Assembly: GCA_963776245.1 (NCBI GenBank)
Contig: CAVZLN010000006.1
Coordinates: 768,001 to 832,000 of the forward strand
DNA: 64,000 nt
Direction: 5' to 3'
Source of the DNA: Candidatus Eiseniibacteriota bacterium
Lineage (GTDB): Bacteria > Eisenbacteria > RBG-16-71-46
This document shows positions 60,111 through 64,000 of this stretch, one piece after another. The notes below the pieces were generated by a model. It was not told the DNA's origin, did not search any database, and was given only the letters and a program-made list of their open reading frames with translations. Both the position numbers and the translations under genes were made by a program. Each line of letters opens with the position of its first letter. The stretch's first letter is position 1.

Positions 60111-60692
60111 ATGCGCGAATTCCGGATCCACGGACGCGGAGGGCAGGGCGCCGTCATCGCCTCGAAACTGCTCGCCTCCGCCCTGTTCCACGAAGGCAAG
60201 GCGGTCCAGTCGTTCCCCGCCTTCGGCGTCGAGCGCCGCGGGGCGCCGGTGACCGCGTTCCTGCGCATGTCCGACGGCCCGATCCTGCTGCGCTGCGAGA
60301 TCACGGCGCCGGACGGCCTGATCATCCTCGATCCCACGCTGATCAAGGCCATCGACGTCACCCAGGGCCTCAAGCCCGGGGGCACCATCCTCATCAACAC
60401 CGACCGCACGCCCGACACCTACGCGAGCCTCGCCAGCCGCTTCCGCGTCGCGCTGGTGGACGCCTCGAGCATCGCGCGCCGGCACGGGCTCGGCTCCAAG
60501 ACCCAGCCGATCGTGAACACCGCCATCCTCGGCGCGTTCGCGACCGACTCCGGGCTCGTCGGCCTCGAGGCCATCTGCGACGCCATCACGGAGTCCGTGC
60601 CCACCAAGCCGGAACGGAACGTGGAAGCCGCCCGCGAAGCGGCGCGCTTGGTGGTCCGCGCCCCAGCCACGGAGGTGCAGCATGCCCGATGA
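60111..60692 (+). CDS. porC: Pyruvate/2-oxoacid:ferredoxin oxidoreductase gamma subunit
   Basis: MREFRIHGRGGQGAV, FGVERRGAPV and IVNTAILGA motifs. Confidence 0.95.
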   Translation: MREFRIHGRGGQGAVIASKLLASALFHEGKAVQSFPAFGVERRGAPVTAFLRMSDGPILLRCEITAPDGLIILDPTLIKAIDVTQGLKPGGTILINTDRTPDTYASLASRFRVALVDASSIARRHGLGSKTQPIVNTAILGAFATDSGLVGLEAICDAITESVPTKPERNVEAAREAARLVVRAPATEVQHAR

Positions 60693-62508
60693 GCGCCGCA
60701 CTCCCGACCTCGCGCACGGCGTGCCGCCGATCTCCGTGAGCGCAGAGACGACCCTCGGCAACCGCACCGGCTCGTGGAAGTACGTGCAGCCCCGGTATCA
60801 GGACCGCGGCGCGCCCTGCAACGCGGCGTGCCCGGCGGGAATCGACATCGAGGGCGCGATGAACCTGCTGCGGCAGGACCGGGCCGCGGAAGCCCGCGAG
60901 CTGGTGCTGCGCGAGAACCCGATGCCCGCCGTCACCGGCCGCCTGTGCGACCACCCCTGTCACGCGGCGTGCAACCGCGCTCAGTTCGACGGGGCCCTCA
61001 ACATCCGCGCGATCGAACGCATGCTGGGCGACGACGAGCCCGCGACGGGCACCGAGACCCCGGCCCGCACCCGCACCGAGAAGGTCGCGGTGGTGGGCTC
61101 GGGCCCGGCCGGACTGGCGTGCGCCTATCACCTCGCGCGCCTCGGGCTCGCGGTCACGGTGTTCGAGGGCGATGCCGAACCGGGTGGCTGGCTGCGCTGG
61201 CTGCCGGAGTTCCGGCTGCCGCGCGCGGTGCTGGCGCGCGAGATCGAGCGCGTGCGCGCCGCCGGCGTGACCATCCGATGCGGCTCCACCGTGGGCACGG
61301 AGGTGGACTGGAAGACGCTCGAGGGCTACGACGCGGTCTTCCTCGCCACTGGCGCCCGCGCCGGCCGGAGCGTGGAGATGACGTCGCATGACGTGCCGGA
61401 CGTGCGCCCGGGGCTGGACTTCCTGCGCGAACTGAAGTCCGGCGAGCGCGGCACCCTCGGGCGCCGGGTGGTCGTGGTGGGCGGGACCGACACGGCGGTG
61501 GACTGCGCCCGCGCCGCGCTGAGGCTGGGCGCGGAGCCGGTGGTGCTCTACCCCGGCACCCGCGCCGACCTGCCGGCGAACCCGGATGCGGTCGACGAGG
61601 CCCTCCGCGAGGGCGTGCGCTTCGAGTTCCTGGCCTCGCCGGTGGGGCTCCAGACCGCCGAACACGCCAACGAAGAACCACCACTCGAGGCCATCCGCAC
61701 CATGTTCGTGGAGGGCGATGGCCAGCCCGCGCCCGAGCGGCTGACGGGCGTGCGATGCGTGCGCATGCGGCCGCCGGCCGACGGCGCCACGCACCCGGTG
61801 CCGGTGCCGGGCAGCCCGTTCTTCCTGCCCGCCGACACGCTCCTCACCGCGGTGGGGCGCGAGGCGGACTTCGACTGCCTGCCCGCGGACATCACCCGCA
61901 AGGGCTACCTCATCCGGGTGGACGCGTTCGGGCACACCAGTCGCCGGGGCTTCTTCGCCGGTGGGGACGTGACCGGCGAGCCGCGCACCGTCGCGCATGC
62001 CCTCGGCGCCGGGAAGCGGGCGGCGATCGGCATCGACCATTACCTGCGGCAGCGCGGCGGCGAGCCACTCGAGACGCTCGCGGAGACAGCGCTGCGATAT
62101 GGCGGCTCGGGCAGCATGAGCATCACGCGCTGGCGCGGCGACGACCCGGTGACGCGCACCAGCCCGGTGAACGAGCTGGTGCCGTTCGACGCGCTCAACA
62201 TGGCCCACTTCACCCGGGTCCCGGGGGCGGCGGACCACCTCCGCCCGCCCGATGAGAGCCGCGCGGACTTCGCCGAATCCAACCTCGGCCTGGCGCGCGA
62301 CGCGGCGCTGGCCGAGGCGAAGCGCTGTTTCAACTGCGGCGTGTGCAACATGTGCGGGCTGTGCATGGTGTTCTGCCCCGACGTCGCCATCAAGCCGCAC
62401 GCGAGCGGGCACGGCTATTCGCTCTCCTACAAGTACTGCAAGGGCTGCGGCGTGTGCGTGGAGGAATGCCCGCGCGGCGCCATGATCATGACGCGGGAGG
62501 GCCTGTGA
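60682..62508 (+). CDS. PorD-like delta subunit carrying an inserted GltD/DsrL-like FAD-binding oxidoreductase module
   Basis: NRTGSWKYVQP N-terminus; PCNAACPAG, GSGPAGL and FAGGD; C-terminal CNMCGLCMVFCPD...YCKGCGVCVEECP. Confidence 0.85.
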   Translation: MPDERRTPDLAHGVPPISVSAETTLGNRTGSWKYVQPRYQDRGAPCNAACPAGIDIEGAMNLLRQDRAAEARELVLRENPMPAVTGRLCDHPCHAACNRAQFDGALNIRAIERMLGDDEPATGTETPARTRTEKVAVVGSGPAGLACAYHLARLGLAVTVFEGDAEPGGWLRWLPEFRLPRAVLAREIERVRAAGVTIRCGSTVGTEVDWKTLEGYDAVFLATGARAGRSVEMTSHDVPDVRPGLDFLRELKSGERGTLGRRVVVVGGTDTAVDCARAALRLGAEPVVLYPGTRADLPANPDAVDEALREGVRFEFLASPVGLQTAEHANEEPPLEAIRTMFVEGDGQPAPERLTGVRCVRMRPPADGATHPVPVPGSPFFLPADTLLTAVGREADFDCLPADITRKGYLIRVDAFGHTSRRGFFAGGDVTGEPRTVAHALGAGKRAAIGIDHYLRQRGGEPLETLAETALRYGGSGSMSITRWRGDDPVTRTSPVNELVPFDALNMAHFTRVPGAADHLRPPDESRADFAESNLGLARDAALAEAKRCFNCGVCNMCGLCMVFCPDVAIKPHASGHGYSLSYKYCKGCGVCVEECPRGAMIMTREGL

Positions 62509-63677
62509 AGAAGGTCATCATCGGCAATCATGCGGTGTCGTGGGGGGTCCGGCTCGCGCGCGCGGAGGTGATCGCCGCGTACCCGATCACGCCCCAGACC
62601 CAGATCGTCGAGGAGCTCGCCGAGATGTGCGCCGCCGGCACGCTGAAGGCGCGCTTCATCAAGGTCGAGTCCGAGCACTCCGCGATGGCGGCCTGCATCG
62701 GCGCGGCCGCCACCGGCGCCCGCGCCTTCACCGCCACCTCGTCGCAGGGCCTGCTCCTCATGCACGAGCTGCTGCACTGGGCGGCCGGCGGACGGCTGCC
62801 GATCGTGATGGCGGACGTCAACCGGGCGGTGGCGCCGGGCTGGACGGTGTGGACCGACCAGAACGACACGCTCTCGCAGCGTGACACCGGCTGGATCCAG
62901 TTCTACTGCGAGACCAACCAGGAAGTGCTCGACACCACCGTCCAGGCGTTCAAACTGGCCGAGGCGGTGGGCCTGCCGGTGATGATCGTGCTCGACGCCT
63001 TCTACCTGTCGCACACCTCGGAGCCGGTGGACATTCCCGAGCCCGCGGACGTGGACGCGTTCCTGCCCGCGCGCGTGCCGCAGTTCAAGCTCGACACCGA
63101 CGACCCGCACGCCTACGGCGCGCTGACCACGCCGGCGGTCTACATGGAGATGCGGATGCGCCAGCAGGAGGCCATGGAGCAGGCGCGGACGGTGATGACC
63201 CAGGTGGACGAGGAGTGGGGCCAGCGCTTCGGCCGCCGCTACGGCGCCATCGAGGCCTACCGCGCCGAAGGCGCCGAGATCGTGCTGGTCACCTCGGGCA
63301 CCATCACCTCGACCGCGCGCTACGTGGTGAACGCGCTGCGCGACAAGGGGGAGAAGGTCGGGCTGCTCAAGATCAAGATGTTCCGGCCATTCCCCACCGA
63401 GGCGATCCGTGCCGCGCTCGAGGGCGTCCCGCAGGTGGCGGTGCTCGACCGCAACATCTCGCCGGGCCGCAGCGGCATCTTCGCCGAGGAGATCCGCGCG
63501 GCGCTCTATGACGTGCCGGCCGATCGGCGGCCGGGCATCCATGGGTACATCGTCGGCCTCGGCGGCCGCGACGTGACGCCCGAGACCATCATCGACTGCG
63601 TGGATCGGACCCGCGCGACCGTGCGGACGGGCAAGCCCGCCGTGCGCGAAGACCAATGGGTGGGGGTGAATCCATGA
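62505..63677 (+). CDS. porA: Pyruvate/2-oxoacid:ferredoxin oxidoreductase alpha subunit
   Basis: AYPITPQT, VESEHSAM, TATSSQGL, RPFP and GLGGRD motifs. Confidence 0.95.
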   Translation: MKKVIIGNHAVSWGVRLARAEVIAAYPITPQTQIVEELAEMCAAGTLKARFIKVESEHSAMAACIGAAATGARAFTATSSQGLLLMHELLHWAAGGRLPIVMADVNRAVAPGWTVWTDQNDTLSQRDTGWIQFYCETNQEVLDTTVQAFKLAEAVGLPVMIVLDAFYLSHTSEPVDIPEPADVDAFLPARVPQFKLDTDDPHAYGALTTPAVYMEMRMRQQEAMEQARTVMTQVDEEWGQRFGRRYGAIEAYRAEGAEIVLVTSGTITSTARYVVNALRDKGEKVGLLKIKMFRPFPTEAIRAALEGVPQVAVLDRNISPGRSGIFAEEIRAALYDVPADRRPGIHGYIVGLGGRDVTPETIIDCVDRTRATVRTGKPAVREDQWVGVNP

Positions 63678-64000
63678 GCCAGATCGTGATCAAGGACCTG
63701 ATCCCGGACGGCGAACTGATGTCCTCCGGGCACCTCGCCTGCCCGGGCTGTGGCGGGAGCATCTCCATGCGCCTGGTGCTCAAGGCGCTCGGCCCCAAGA
63801 CCATCGTGGCGTTGCCGGCGTGCTGCTGGACCATCGTGGCCGGCCCGTATCCCCAGTCCACGCTCGGCGTGCCCCTGTTCCACACCGCGTTCGAGACCGC
63901 CGCGGCGGCCGCCTCGGGGATCCGCGCGGCGCTCGACATGAAGGGGGACACCGAGACCACGGTGGTGGCGTGGGCCGGCGATGGCGGCACGTTCGACATC
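63674..64000 (+). CDS. porB: Pyruvate/2-oxoacid:ferredoxin oxidoreductase beta subunit (5' part, truncated by the window)
   Basis: SGHLACPGCG, FETAAAAASG and WAGDGGTFDI (TPP-binding) motifs. Confidence 0.93.
   Translation, partial: MSQIVIKDLIPDGELMSSGHLACPGCGGSISMRLVLKALGPKTIVALPACCWTIVAGPYPQSTLGVPLFHTAFETAAAAASGIRAALDMKGDTETTVVAWAGDGGTFDI

Overview
Very GC-rich bacterial chromosomal segment, about 70% GC judged by eye. Three secreted proteins carry FlgD/T9SS-like C-terminal domains, which suggests an FCB-related lineage such as Ca. Eisenbacteria (inference only). The left part (1-28 kb) holds housekeeping and envelope genes: acnA, SURF1, a CDGSH Fe-S protein, ettA, a thioredoxin-TPR protein, OMPs, a site-2 protease, ispG, an apparent L,D-transpeptidase-Mur ligase fusion, a class A PBP, two PLP enzymes and a ThrE exporter. 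Many of these carry single-base frameshifts that look like long-read errors. At 28.5-31.3 kb a three-gene cassette encodes a monoheme lipoprotein, a Cyc2-like cytochrome-porin and YceI. From 31 to 58.5 kb lies a nucleobase-catabolism region. It has a complete reductive pyrimidine operon and a dispersed, divergent version of the anaerobic purine/urate (ygeW/ygeY/arcC/xdh/ssnA-type) gene set, with a fused DPYD-like reductase where YgfK would be expected and a secreted endonuclease inside the region. The window ends with a probable PPi-dependent phosphofructokinase and a 2-oxoacid:ferredoxin oxidoreductase operon whose delta subunit contains an inserted flavoprotein module. The most unexplained non-coding signals are two back-to-back ~75-nt hairpins with a shared core and compensatory changes (54.32-54.50 kb), and two tandem CCUGUGY-loop hairpins in the aconitase leader. 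No rRNA, tRNA, CRISPR array or transposase was recognised.
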